Positions 19,712 to 30,192 of a stretch of DNA of 64,000 bases are shown here, one piece after another. Below the pieces are notes generated by a model. The model saw only the letters and a list, made by a program, of their open reading frames with translations, was not told where the DNA came from and did not search any database. The position numbers and the translations under genes are program-made. Position 1 is the stretch's first letter. Every line of letters starts with the position of its first letter. The stretch is from an uncultured Acidobacteriota bacterium. GTDB lineage: Bacteria > Acidobacteriota > Thermoanaerobaculia > UBA5066. Location: the NCBI GenBank assembly GCA_963779415.1, contig CAVZYA010000001.1:1216001-1280000 (forward strand), in the 5' to 3' direction.

Positions 19712-21178
19712 TCAGAGAATGGATTTCAAGAACTCGCGGTTGGCCTTGAACCTCGTCAGCTTCGAGAGGAGAAGCTCCATCGCGTCGATCGGCTTGACCG
19801 AGGCGAGCGCGCGCCGGAGCTTGTGAATCTTCGGAAGCTCCTCGGCGTCGTAGAGCTTCTCTTCCTTCCGGGTTCCCGAGGCCGGAATGTTGATGCACGG
19901 GAAGATCCGGCGGTCGAAGAGGCCGCGGTCGAGGATGATTTCGCTGTTCCCGGTCCCCTTGAACTCCTCGAAGATGACGTCGTCCATCCGGCTGCCGGTG
20001 TCGATGAGGCAGGTGGCCACGATGGTGAGCGAGCCGCCGTCCTCGTGATTCCGCGCCCCGCCGAAGAAGCGGCGCGGCTTCTCCATCGTCCGGGCGTCGA
20101 TTCCCCCGGAGAGGATCTTCCCGCTGCCACGCTGCTCGTTGTTGTAGGCGCGGCTCATCCGCGTGATGGAGTCACAGAAGATCACGACGTCCCGCCCGAT
20201 CTCGACGAGGCGCTTGGCCCGCTCGAAGCAGAGCTCGGAGACGGCGATGTGGTGCGCGGCGTTCAGGTCCGTGGGGGAGGCGATCACCTGTCCCTGGATC
20301 GAGCGCTGCATGTCTGTGACCTCCTCGGGGCGCTCGTCGACGAGGAGCATGAAGATGACGACGTCGGGGTCGTTCTTCGCGATGGCGTTCGCCATCGTCT
20401 TCAGGAGAAACGTCTTCCCGGCCTTCGGCGGCGCCACGATCAGGCAGCGCTGACCCCGGCCGATCGGGACGACGAGGTCCAGGACACGTCCGGAGACCTC
20501 GTCGGAAGACGTCTCCATCCGGAGACGCCGGTCCGGGTCGACGGAGATCCCCTTGTGGAACTGGACGTACTTCGACCGGTAATCGGCCGCGGGCATCCCC
20601 TCGACGGAGACGATCCGCTGGACGACGGGGCCCTTCGGGCCACGCGTAACCGCCTCGGCCTCGATCAGGAGCCCTTCCTCGAGGTCCTCGGCTTCGATCA
20701 GGTGCTTCGGGAGGAACGGATCGCCCCGTTCGGCGAACAGCTCCTTCGACGAGACGAGAAGGCCCGAGTGGTCCCCGTGGAGCTTCAGGATCCCCGTGAC
20801 GGCGACGGCGGGCGCCGCCTGCGGATGCGGCTCACGTCGTCCACCTGCCTCGACCGGGGCGATGTCGCCCGTCGGCGCGGCCCCCTCGGCCGGCAACGGC
20901 CCGAACCGATTGCGCCCGCGGCGACGACGCCGACGACGACGACGGCGGAGCGGTTCTCCGCCGGGCACTCCTTCGGCGGGCAACCCCGGATCGGCCGGTC
21001 CCGCCTCCGGCGCAGCCTCGTCGGGCCCGTCGTCGGCGAAATCCACTTCCAACTCTTCAGGTGACTCGGCCACGGCCGGCGCCTCGATCTCGGCGCCCGC
21101 ACGTTCCTTCGGATCCCGTTCGTCCAATTCGTCCTCCGGAACCGGCCATTCCGTGGGCCGGTTTGTCCCTCGGCTCAT
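19712..21178 (-). CDS. rho: Transcription termination factor Rho
   Basis: PIGRGQR, APPKAGKT, DERPEEVTD, EEFKGTGN, SGTRKEE. Confidence 0.97.
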   Translation of the reverse strand: MSRGTNRPTEWPVPEDELDERDPKERAGAEIEAPAVAESPEELEVDFADDGPDEAAPEAGPADPGLPAEGVPGGEPLRRRRRRRRRRGRNRFGPLPAEGAAPTGDIAPVEAGGRREPHPQAAPAVAVTGILKLHGDHSGLLVSSKELFAERGDPFLPKHLIEAEDLEEGLLIEAEAVTRGPKGPVVQRIVSVEGMPAADYRSKYVQFHKGISVDPDRRLRMETSSDEVSGRVLDLVVPIGRGQRCLIVAPPKAGKTFLLKTMANAIAKNDPDVVIFMLLVDERPEEVTDMQRSIQGQVIASPTDLNAAHHIAVSELCFERAKRLVEIGRDVVIFCDSITRMSRAYNNEQRGSGKILSGGIDARTMEKPRRFFGGARNHEDGGSLTIVATCLIDTGSRMDDVIFEEFKGTGNSEIILDRGLFDRRIFPCINIPASGTRKEEKLYDAEELPKIHKLRRALASVKPIDAMELLLSKLTRFKANREFLKSIL

Positions 21179-21329
21179 CCGGGCCCGCCCGGCGGGGCCA
21201 TACGGGTCCCCCGTCCAGGGCGTCTCGAACTCGACCAGAATGTGGAGCGGCGCGACCGCGGCCTCTTCCGGCCGGCGCCGACGAACCGTCCGGTCCGTCA
21301 GCTCGAGCGTCCACCCGCTGCCGGGACGG

Positions 21330-21359
21330 ATCGTAAGGCCAACTACTCCGCCCCGTCAA
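21330..21359 (-). promoter_or_regulatory. Putative sigma70 promoter of rho
   Basis: TTGACG (21359-21354), 18-nt spacer, TACGAT (21335-21330); implies a leader of about 145 nt. Confidence 0.55.
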
Positions 21360-22437
21360 CGGAAGGCGGCCGGTCCGGACGGGCCCAGATTCCGGGCACC
21401 GCCTCGCCGCAGGCATGACATCCGCCGGCGGCCGTCACCGTGCAGCGGACGACCTGGAATCCGCGCCTCTCCACGAGGACCGTCCCGCAGCCGGGACAGC
21501 GCGTCTCCTCCCACTCGCCGACGCGTCCGGGGAGGTTCCCGGCGTAGACGAAGCGGAGTCCGGCCTCTCTTCCGATCTCCGCGGCCTTGAGGAGCATCCG
21601 CGGAGAAGTCGAGCCGAACCCGCCTTGCCGATAGTCGTCGTGGTAGGCCGTCACGTGCCACGGAATGTCGCGGTCGAGGCGCGCGAGGAACTGCGCCGCG
21701 TCCCGCAGCTCCTCCTCCGAGTCGTTCAGCCCCGGGACGACGAGCGTCACGACCTCCACCCAGAATCCGCGTTTCTTCAGCCCCTCGAGAGTCGCGAGGA
21801 CCGTCGCGAGCTTTCCACCCAGCTTCCGGTACCCCTCTTCGCGCATCCCCTTGAGGTCGACCTTGAACGCATCGACCCATGGCCGGAGGTAGTCGAGCAC
21901 TTCCGGCGTTCCGTTCCCGTTGGAGACGTACCCGGTCATCAACCCGGCGGCCCGGGCGGCCCGGAAGATCGCCACGGCCCATTCCGACGTGATGAGGGGC
22001 TCGTTGTAGGTCGACGTGACGATCGTCGAGCCCGATCGCCGGGCGAGGTCGATCAGCTCCGCGATCTCGACGGGTCGTGCGTCGACGAGCCCGTCGCTCT
22101 CCGGATCCCGGTGCACCTGGCTGATCTCCCAGTTCTGGCAGAACGGGCATTTGTAGTCGCACCCGAGCATTCCGAAGGAGAGCGCCCGCGCGCCCGGCGT
22201 GACGTGATAGAAGGGTTTCTTCTCGATCGGGTCGACGTTCAGGGCGCCGACGTAGCCCCACGGCACGCGGAGAGTCCCTTCCCCGACGAAGCGGACGCGG
22301 CAGATCCCCTCGTGTCCTTCTCCGATGAGGCAGCGGTGGCCGCAGGCGACGCACCGGATCTTTCCCTTCTCGCTGAAGAGAAGCTCCCCGGGGCGCGTCA
22401 GCGCCCGGAGCCGCCGTTTGAGGCCCGTCTCCTCCAT
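21343..22437 (-). CDS. amrS: AmmeMemoRadiSam-system radical SAM enzyme
   Basis: CVACGHRC..GICRVR, DPIEKKP, GCDYKCPFCQNWEISQ, YNEP, VYAGN, CPGC. Confidence 0.9.
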   Translation of the reverse strand: MEETGLKRRLRALTRPGELLFSEKGKIRCVACGHRCLIGEGHEGICRVRFVGEGTLRVPWGYVGALNVDPIEKKPFYHVTPGARALSFGMLGCDYKCPFCQNWEISQVHRDPESDGLVDARPVEIAELIDLARRSGSTIVTSTYNEPLITSEWAVAIFRAARAAGLMTGYVSNGNGTPEVLDYLRPWVDAFKVDLKGMREEGYRKLGGKLATVLATLEGLKKRGFWVEVVTLVVPGLNDSEEELRDAAQFLARLDRDIPWHVTAYHDDYRQGGFGSTSPRMLLKAAEIGREAGLRFVYAGNLPGRVGEWEETRCPGCGTVLVERRGFQVVRCTVTAAGGCHACGEAVPGIWARPDRPPSVDGAE

Positions 22438-22494
22438 CCCCTTCAATATGGACGCGAAGCGATCCGGCTTCAAGGCGCTTACAATCCACCCTCT

Positions 22495-25103
22495 ATGGGT
22501 TTCCGCCTCAGACGACGTGTGCCGGCTCTCCTCTTCGCTCTCGCGCTTCCCGCCGCGGCGCAGACGCCGACGCCCACTCCGACTCCCACGCCGACCCCTA
22601 CCCCGCAGCCGACCGCGGCGGCCATCACGGCGGGGGTGACGATCCTGAACATGCCGAACAACGCCTTGGTCGTGCCGGCGCCGGCGACGGCGACCTACGA
22701 CTCGGCGAACGTGGTCGTGGACGACGACGGATCGCTCTGGACGGCATCGGGCCCGATGGACGAGATCACGCATCTCTCGTCCGACGGATCGACCATCCGG
22801 AGCTGGATCCACCCCTACGACGTCACCCCGAGCTCTCTCCTGAAGGACGCGGACGGGACCTTCTGGTTCACGGAGCTCGGAGGCTTCAACGTCGGGCACT
22901 TCGACCCCGCGACGGGCCAGTTGACGGAGTGGCCCGACCTGGAACGGCGTCCGACCGCCCTCTACAAGCGTCCGGACGGAAAGTTCTGGCTTCCCGAGAC
23001 CGGCGGCGTCCTGGCCCTGTTCGACCCCGTCGCGAACCTCTACACCTATTTCGCGCCGCCCGTTTACACCCTCTCCTATCCCTGGATCGATTCCGACGGT
23101 TCCGTCTTCACCTGCGACTTCATCAACTACGGGATCGTCAAGTTCTCGCCGGACGGAACGACGTACACCCAATGGGGCCTCCCGACCGATAACTACTACC
23201 AGCCGTCGGTGATCAAACGGATGCCTGACGGCGGCCTCTGGATCTCCTTCTGGGGATCGGGGCAGCTCGGCCGCTTCGACGACGCCACCGGCGAGCTGAA
23301 GATTTACAACCTGAACCTCGGCGCGCATCCCTACGACATCGAGCCTTACCGGGGCCGGATCCTCTTCGGAGAGCAGACGTCGGGAGCGATCGGCTTCTTC
23401 GATCCCTCCGTCGCGACACTCGTCGAGATCGCCGAACTCGCGCCCACGACCGGGTCGACGCTCGTTTCGACCTATGCCTCGATCCCCGTCACCCAGACCC
23501 TCGTGCCGGTCGACACGAACCCGACCAGTTTCCTGACGTCGACCTCGACGGGATCCAGCCTCTCGGGCCAGACCCTGATTCCCACGACGCTGTCCTTTGC
23601 GGTCTGGGGGATTGGCATCGACCAGAGGCGCGCCATGATCTGGTTCAACACGATCGGAGCGATCGGACAGCTCCTCCCCCCGCAACCGGCGAATACCGCG
23701 GACGTCTACGTTCCGGAGGCCCGCTCGGCTCCGGGACCCAACGGTGTCACCTACCAGACCCGGACGGTCGCCTGGAACCGGGGAACTCCCGGTACGGGCG
23801 GCGCCGTCTCGGACATCAGCCCTTCGGAGATCCTTCTTCCGGACGGCTGGATCGCCGGATTCCAGCCGGCCGCAACCGTGACCATCCCGGCGACGCACCT
23901 CGTGGCGCAGGCCGACGTGATCGGGACGGACATGTCCGCGCCCGGAAACGACGGGGCTATCCGGTTCTCGACCTCGAGCGCCTCTACCGACCTCTTCGTC
24001 GCCGCGCGCACCGTAGCGTCCGCGGCCGGCGGCGGGACGTACGGCTGCGCCCAGAACGGAGCGAGCGCGACCGACGCGCTGAATCCCGGCGACACGGGCT
24101 ATCTGATCGTCCCGCCGGGGGACGCCTCGAAGTTCGTCTATGCCGGCGCCGAAATTCTCAATGCGTCGACGGGAACCATTGCGATCTACGACGCCTCGGG
24201 GAACAACCTCGGCACGTACCACTACGATTGGCCGGCCGGATACCAGATCGAAGGGGAGACGATCTGGGACGCTTTCGGGATGCCGCCCGTTCCCGGGGGC
24301 CGCATCGTCTACTCCGTCACGGCGGGAAAAATCTTCCCGTTCGGAATGGCGTTCGATGCGACGACCGGCGATCCGATCACGCTCGACGTGATGAAGCCGG
24401 CGGGCGCCGCAACCACCCAGACGCTTCCCTTCGTCACGCGCGGCGGCGGCCCGCTCGGCCCGACGAGCCAGTCGAGCCTGCAGGTCGCGAACCCCGGGAC
24501 GACGGACGCCTCGGTCTCGTTCTCCTACCGTCCGTCATCTACGGGCGTAGCCCCTCCCTCGAGCCCCGTCCCGCTCCCTCCGGCGACCGTGCCGGCCGGC
24601 CAGGTCGTCGCGCTCCCGGACATTCTCGCCACGGTGGGTCCCGGTCCGCTCATCGGCGCCCTCGACATCTCCTCCGACCAGCCGGTCCATGCCTTCGCGC
24701 GCGTCGTCGGCTCGGTGAGCGGGGGGGATCGTGGGGTCTCGGATCGCCGTCGGCGGCGGCGGTCGCGAGCGGCTCGAAAGCGGTCTTCCTCGACCTCGCG
24801 GAGAACGCGGCGTTCGAGTCGGACCTCGTGGTGATCAATCAGGGCGCCGGGACCGCGAGCGTCACCGTCAACCTTTTCGGAGCGGACGGCAGCACGTCCG
24901 GCTCCACGGTCCTCGCTCTCGCTGCGGGCGAGGTGCGGTTCATACCTTCCGTCTGGCCGCTCCTCGCCGGCGGTTCGACCGACCTCGGCCGGCTCGAGGT
25001 GGTCCCGGCCGACGGCTCGGGCCCGGTGTCGACGACACTCGTCCGCTCCGACCGGCTGACGCTCGACGCGGACGCTCTCGTTCCGTTCGTCCTTCCGAGA
25101 TAG
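22495..25103 (+). CDS. Large secreted protein: PT linker, Vgb-like beta-propeller, two C-terminal repeat modules; 1-nt frameshift at G7 run 24721-24727
   Basis: Signal peptide, TPTPTPTP linker, repeats DGSLW/DGTFWFTE/DGKFW/DGGLW; adding one G joins frame 24228..25103 (GGSWGLGSP...FESDLVVINQG). Confidence 0.75.
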
Positions 25104-25124
25104 GGCGCGGGCGGCCCAGCGCCG

Positions 25125-26859
25125 TCAGCGGGAAGAGCCGGGCCCTACCGGGCGCGGTGTCGGCGCCGGCGCAAAGACGACGTCCGGCGCGATGATCCAG
25201 TTGTGGTCCGTGGAGGGCCGAACCCGGCCAGCCGCCTGCAGCTCGTCGAGAAGAACATCCCGGACTTCGAGCGGCACCCGCTTGACGACCTTCGCGTTGC
25301 GGAGAGCCGTGTAGCCGCCGCCCCCCTGCGCGCGATACGAGTTGACCGCGAGAGTGAAGCGGTCCGTCGGCCCGACCGGACGGCCACGGAAGGTGAGGTC
25401 GCGGATCCGCTGCCCGACCGGAGACGTCGGATCGATCCTGTACGAGGCGCCCTCCACGGCGTCGAAGTTGTAGGGGATCATCTTCGGGTTCGGCGTCAGG
25501 ACGAGACGGCCTCCTTCGAACGAGGCCGTCTGGAAGAACTCCGCCGAACGCTCGAGACACGACCGGAGCTGGGCGCCGTCGATCTCCACGACGACGAGCT
25601 GGTTCTCGTAAGGGTAGAGGGCATAGAGGTCCCGAACCGTGACCCGCCCCTTCGGCAGCCCTTCGTAGCGGCCTCCGGGAAGGAGCGACGTCATCGAGAG
25701 ATCCGCGCCCGTCGCCTTGAGCTGGATCCCGTTGATCAGGTCGAGGAGTGCCGTGTCCTCGAGGCGCGCACGCCCGGCCGGGAAGGCCTCCTCCGTCTCG
25801 ACCACGGTGTCGTCGAGCCACGACCGCGCGGCCCGGTCGAACGGGGCTGCGATCCGGGCGATCGCCGGATCCGTCGGAACGGAGGAATCCGTCGGAAGGA
25901 GCAGAAGCGCACGGGAGACGAGCTTCCATCCCGTCCCCGCCTTCTCGAACCCGAGGTCGGCCCGCCCGAGCGCTTCACCCCACCGCCCCGGCTCGAGGAC
26001 GGCGACCCCGAAGAGGACGCCCGACGGGATCTTCCGGTGCGTGTGGCCGCAGAGAATCAGGTCGATCCCCGGAACCTCCCGCGCGAGCGCGACCACCCGG
26101 TTCTCGTTGTCGGTCCCGTCGGGGACGCCGGTCTCCGGATCGGCCTCGAGCCCGCTGTGGATCAGGACGACGACCGCATCGCACCTTTCCTTCCCGCGAA
26201 GGAGAGGAACGAGCCGCTTCGCCGTCGCGACGGGGTCCTCCCAGACGAGGCCGGGGCGGTTCTGCTCGGGCTCCCATCCGGGGATGTTCGGCGTCGTCAG
26301 GCCGAGGATGCCGACGCGAACGCCGCCGACGGACCTGACGAGGTACCTCGCGGAAGGCGGGCGTGCCGTCCTTCGCGTTCCGTGTGTTGGCCGAGAGCCA
26401 CGGGAACGAAGCGTCTCTCTCCGCCTTCCGGAGGACGTCGAGGCCGAAGTTGTACTCGTGGTTTCCGACGGCCATGGCGTCGTACCCCATGGCGTTCATC
26501 GCCCGCATCATCGGGTCCGCGTCGGGCGCGCCCTCTTTCTCGAGGCGGTCGGCGAATTTCGCGCGGCGCGACTGCAGGTATTCGGGGGGCGCTCCTTCGA
26601 TCGTGTCGCCGCCGTCGAGCAGGAGGACGTTCGGGTTCTCCTTCCGGATCGCCGCGACCCTGGTCGCGATCCGGGCGAGACCGACGTCCGAGGGGCGGCT
26701 GCGGAGGTAGTCCCACGGGAGGAGGTTTCCGTGGACGTCGGACGTTTCGAGGATCGTGACGGTGACGGATCCGGGCTCCCCCGCCGACGCAGCGGGGGCG
26801 AGCGAGAGCGCGATCGCGAGAGGAACGGCGAAGCGGCGGAGGAGGCGACGAGGCGACAT
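25125..26859 (-). CDS. Bifunctional metallophosphatase / 5'-nucleotidase (CpdB/UshA family), frameshift near 26352
   Basis: TSDVHG, DGGD, GNHEYNFG, then shifted frame GVRVGILGLTTP, GHTH, YPYEN, NSYRA. Confidence 0.88.
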
Positions 26860-26944
26860 GCGGGGCGATTCATACCCCATCTCCGGGGAAACCGACAGGC
26901 CTCGCCTCTATCCTTCCGGCCGGTTCCGGTTATTCTCCCGCCCC

Positions 26945-27616
26945 GTGAAGGAGAGAAAGCCGAGCCGAGCCGCTCCGAAGAAGCCGCCGGCGCCGGCCGG
27001 TGAGACGCTGGCCCGCCTCGCCTCGTCCTATCCGGATGCCGACTGCTCGCTCGGCCACTCCTCCCCCCTCGAGCTCCTCGTGGCGACGATCCTTTCGGCC
27101 CAGTGCACCGACGCGCGCGTCAACCTCGTCACCCCCGGACTTTTCCGCCGTTTTCCCGACGCCCGGTCGATTGCCACCTCTCCGCGCGGCGCCCTCGAGA
27201 AGGTGATCCGCTCCACCGGGTTCTTCAACGCCAAGGCGAAGGCCCTCCGAGGCGCCGCGAGAGCGATCGTCGAGAAGCACGGCGGGGAGGTTCCCCGCAC
27301 CATGGACGCTCTCCGCGCCCTGCCGGGCGTCGGGCGGAAGACCGCGAACGTCGTCCTCGGAAGCGCTTTCGGCGCGCCGGACGGCGTCGTCGTCGACACG
27401 CATGTCGGCCGGCTCGCGCGCCGGCTCGGATGGTCCCGGCATGCCGATCCGGAGAAGGTGGAGCGCGACCTGAACGCCCTCTTCCCCCGGGAGAGGTGGG
27501 TCTTCCTCGGCCATGCGCTGATCCTTCACGGACGCGAGATCTGCGCGGCCCGCAGGCCTCGCTGCGAGACGTGCGTTCTTTCGGATCTTTGCCCGCGGGA
27601 GGGCGTCCCCTCATGA
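26945..27616 (+). CDS. nth: Endonuclease III
   Basis: [25 protein letters not shown]-x6-C-x2-C-x5-C. Confidence 0.95.
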   Translation: MKERKPSRAAPKKPPAPAGETLARLASSYPDADCSLGHSSPLELLVATILSAQCTDARVNLVTPGLFRRFPDARSIATSPRGALEKVIRSTGFFNAKAKALRGAARAIVEKHGGEVPRTMDALRALPGVGRKTANVVLGSAFGAPDGVVVDTHVGRLARRLGWSRHADPEKVERDLNALFPRERWVFLGHALILHGREICAARRPRCETCVLSDLCPREGVPS

Positions 27617-28230
27617 ACCCCGGTCCGCTCGGCTCGATCGAGGTGATCTGCGGATCGATGTTTTCCGGGAAGTCCGAGGAGCTGATCCGGCGGCTGACGC
27701 GCGCGAAGATTGCGCGGAGGCGCGTGCAGGTCTTCAAGCCGAGGATCGACTCGCGCTTCTCCGAGGTGGAGGTCGTCTCACACGGAGGTCTCCGGCTCAC
27801 GGCGCTCGCCGTCAAGAGCTCGGCCGAGGTCCTCGACCGGACCGACGCGCGGACCGAGGTCGTCGGAATCGACGAGGCCCAGTTCTTCGATCCGGGGATC
27901 GTGGACGTCGTCACGCGCCTCGCGGACCTCGGAAAGCGGGTCATCGTGGCCGGCCTCGATCAGGACTATCTGGGGAAGCCCTTCGATCCGATGCCGGCCC
28001 TGATGGCGGAGGCGGAGGAAGTCCTCAAGACGCGAGCCATCTGCGTCCGCTGCGGAGCGCCCGCCAGCCGGACACAGCGGCTCGTGGAGTCGACCGAACG
28101 GGTCGTCGTCGGTGCGGCGGGCCTCTACGAGGCGCGCTGCCGCCGCTGCTTCGAGCCTGGGGTCGCTTCCGTGGAAGAGGAGCTTCCGCTCGGGAACGAC
28201 GCAACCCCTCCGGACGATAGCCAGCCTTGA
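27613..28230 (+). CDS. tdk: Thymidine kinase
   Basis: [23 protein letters not shown]-x2-C...CRRC. Confidence 0.96.
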   Translation: MNPGPLGSIEVICGSMFSGKSEELIRRLTRAKIARRRVQVFKPRIDSRFSEVEVVSHGGLRLTALAVKSSAEVLDRTDARTEVVGIDEAQFFDPGIVDVVTRLADLGKRVIVAGLDQDYLGKPFDPMPALMAEAEEVLKTRAICVRCGAPASRTQRLVESTERVVVGAAGLYEARCRRCFEPGVASVEEELPLGNDATPPDDSQP

Positions 28231-28547
28231 CGCGGTCCCCCCGAGGCGAAATCCTCAGGCTTTCTGTGAGTTTCCCTGTGACTTTCGCTGTGGGAATCGT
28301 CGGAAGCCACGGATTCACGGGAACTTCATCCGGTTTGCACCGTCCTCTGTGCGTCCGTGGAAGTCTTTTTAATTGCAACAATTACGATTGAACGATTCGT
28401 CTGATCTTCCCGTGAAGCCCGGTTTTTTCGGCCCATTTTCGTTTTACACAGAGCGAAGCCGCTTCCAGAGCGGGTTTGAGGCCCCTGAGGCCGCGAAAGG
28501 CGGCTCTGGAAGAGCCTCTTTCTGGGGTGGCCCCCGGAGTCGCGCTG
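28231..28547. other. AT-rich non-coding spacer between convergent genes with DnaA-box-like motifs and a long stem
   Basis: TTTTACACA at 28442-28450; CTGTG at 28264/28276/28288; AT-rich core 28361-28399; stem 28462-28471 with 28503-28512. Confidence 0.4.
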
Positions 28548-30131
28548 CTACAAGGCCCCGGTCTCGTGGTAGTCGCCGAAAACGCCCCGCAGGGACTCGA
28601 CGATCTCACCGAGAGTCACGAGGCCGGCAACCGCGTCCACGATCGGAGGGAGGAGGTTTCGCCCTTCGCGGGCCGCGGTGACGACTCCTTCCCGGAGCCG
28701 GGTGGCCGCCGCCGGGTCCCTCCGGGCGCGGAGCGCCCTCAGGCGGGTCACCTGCTCTTCCTCGACGGACGGGTCGACGGTCAACGTCGGGATCGGCCTC
28801 TCCTCGGCCCGCGTGAACTCATTCACGCCGACGACGATCTGGCTCTTCTCCTCGATGGCGCGCTGCGCGCGGTAGGCAGCCTCCTGGATCTCGCGCTGGT
28901 AGAAGCCCCCTTCGATCGCGGCGAGCGCGCCTCCCATGGAATCGATCCGGGAGATCAGGGCGCCCGCCGCCTCGACGATGGAGGCCGTCAGGGACTCGAT
29001 CGCCCATGATCCGCCGAGCGGGTCGACGACGCGCGCCACGCCCGTCTCGTGCGCGATCACCTGCTGCGTCCGGAGAGCGAGAAGGGCCGACTCTTCGGTC
29101 GGAAGGGCGAGGGCTTCGTCCTTGCCGTTCGTGTGAAGCGACTGCGTCCCGCCGAGAACGGCCGCCAGGGCCTGAATCGCCACACGGACGACGTTCACGT
29201 CGGGCTGCTGCGCCGTGAGCGTCGAGCCCGCCGTCTGCGTGTGGAACCGGAGGACGCGCCCTCGCGGGTCCGCAATCCCGAATCGCTCCTTCGTGATCCG
29301 GTCCCAGAGAGTCCGGGCTGCCCGGAACTTCGCGATCTCCTCCAGGAAGTCATTGTGGACGTTGAAGAAGAACGAGAGGCGCGGCGCGATGGCGGCGGGT
29401 GAGAGGCCGGCGGCCTCGGCGGCCCGGAGGTATTCGATCCCGTCGGCGAGGGTGAACGCGACCTCCTGCACGGCCGTCGAGCCCGCTTCCCGGATGTGAT
29501 AGCCCGAGATGGAGATCGTGTTCCACCGCGGCACCTCGGCCGTGCAGAACGCGAAGATATCCGTCACGAGCCGTAGGGAAGGCTTCGGCGGGAAGGCGTA
29601 GGTCCCCCGCGCGGCGTATTCCTTCAGGATGTCGTTCTGGATCGTCCCGGAGAGCTTCGCCCAGGGGGTGCCACGCCGGCGCGCCACGGCGAGGAGGAGG
29701 GCGAGCAGGATCGAGGCGGTCGAGTTGATTGTCATCGAGATCGACACGCCGTCGAGAGGAATTCCGTCCAGGAGCGTCTCCATGTCCTCCAGCGAGGCGA
29801 TCGGGACGCCCACCTTTCCGACCTCGCCCCGCGCGAGCGGATCATCCGAGTCGTAGCCGATCTGGGTCGGAAGGTCGAAGGCGACCGAAAGCCCCGTCTG
29901 ACCCTGCTCGAGGAGAAAGCGGTACCGGCGATTCGAGTCGCGTGCCGTGGAGAACCCCGCGTACTGACGCATCGTCCAGAGCTTGGTCCTGTACCCGCCC
30001 GGGAGCGCCCCCCGCGTGAACGGAGACTCCCCTGGCCGGCCCGGTTCCCAGCCCTCGGGGACATCTGCCGGACCATAGACCGGCCGGATGGCGAGGCCCG
30101 AGGAGGTGGTGTCGTTCGGCGTCTGGCTCAT
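28548..30131 (-). CDS. Methylmalonyl-CoA mutase family, large (substrate-binding) subunit
   Basis: [35 protein letters not shown]; no B12-binding domain. Confidence 0.95.
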   Translation of the reverse strand: MSQTPNDTTSSGLAIRPVYGPADVPEGWEPGRPGESPFTRGALPGGYRTKLWTMRQYAGFSTARDSNRRYRFLLEQGQTGLSVAFDLPTQIGYDSDDPLARGEVGKVGVPIASLEDMETLLDGIPLDGVSISMTINSTASILLALLLAVARRRGTPWAKLSGTIQNDILKEYAARGTYAFPPKPSLRLVTDIFAFCTAEVPRWNTISISGYHIREAGSTAVQEVAFTLADGIEYLRAAEAAGLSPAAIAPRLSFFFNVHNDFLEEIAKFRAARTLWDRITKERFGIADPRGRVLRFHTQTAGSTLTAQQPDVNVVRVAIQALAAVLGGTQSLHTNGKDEALALPTEESALLALRTQQVIAHETGVARVVDPLGGSWAIESLTASIVEAAGALISRIDSMGGALAAIEGGFYQREIQEAAYRAQRAIEEKSQIVVGVNEFTRAEERPIPTLTVDPSVEEEQVTRLRALRARRDPAAATRLREGVVTAAREGRNLLPPIVDAVAGLVTLGEIVESLRGVFGDYHETGAL

Positions 30132-30192
30132 CCCCCCATCCTAAGACAGTCGGAGGGGCTCCGGTCGTGTCAAACTCGAGGATGGAACAGCC

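Noticed and set aside
21179-21355. Open frame extending Rho upstream by about 59 codons
   Set aside because: No ATG/GTG/TTG in frame, and a good sigma70 promoter overlaps it; better read as a 5' leader
22561-22615. Short tandem repeat (ACGCCG/ACTCCC-like)
   Set aside because: Synonymously varied codons of a Thr-Pro linker, not a CRISPR array or VNTR
28361-28400. Possible dif (XerCD) site
   Set aside because: No TTATGTTAAA-like XerD arm or 11-6-11 symmetry
28480-28510. CTGAGG...GAAA resembling a hammerhead ribozyme core
   Set aside because: Lacks CUGANGA, and the GAAA sits in a hairpin loop rather than the junction
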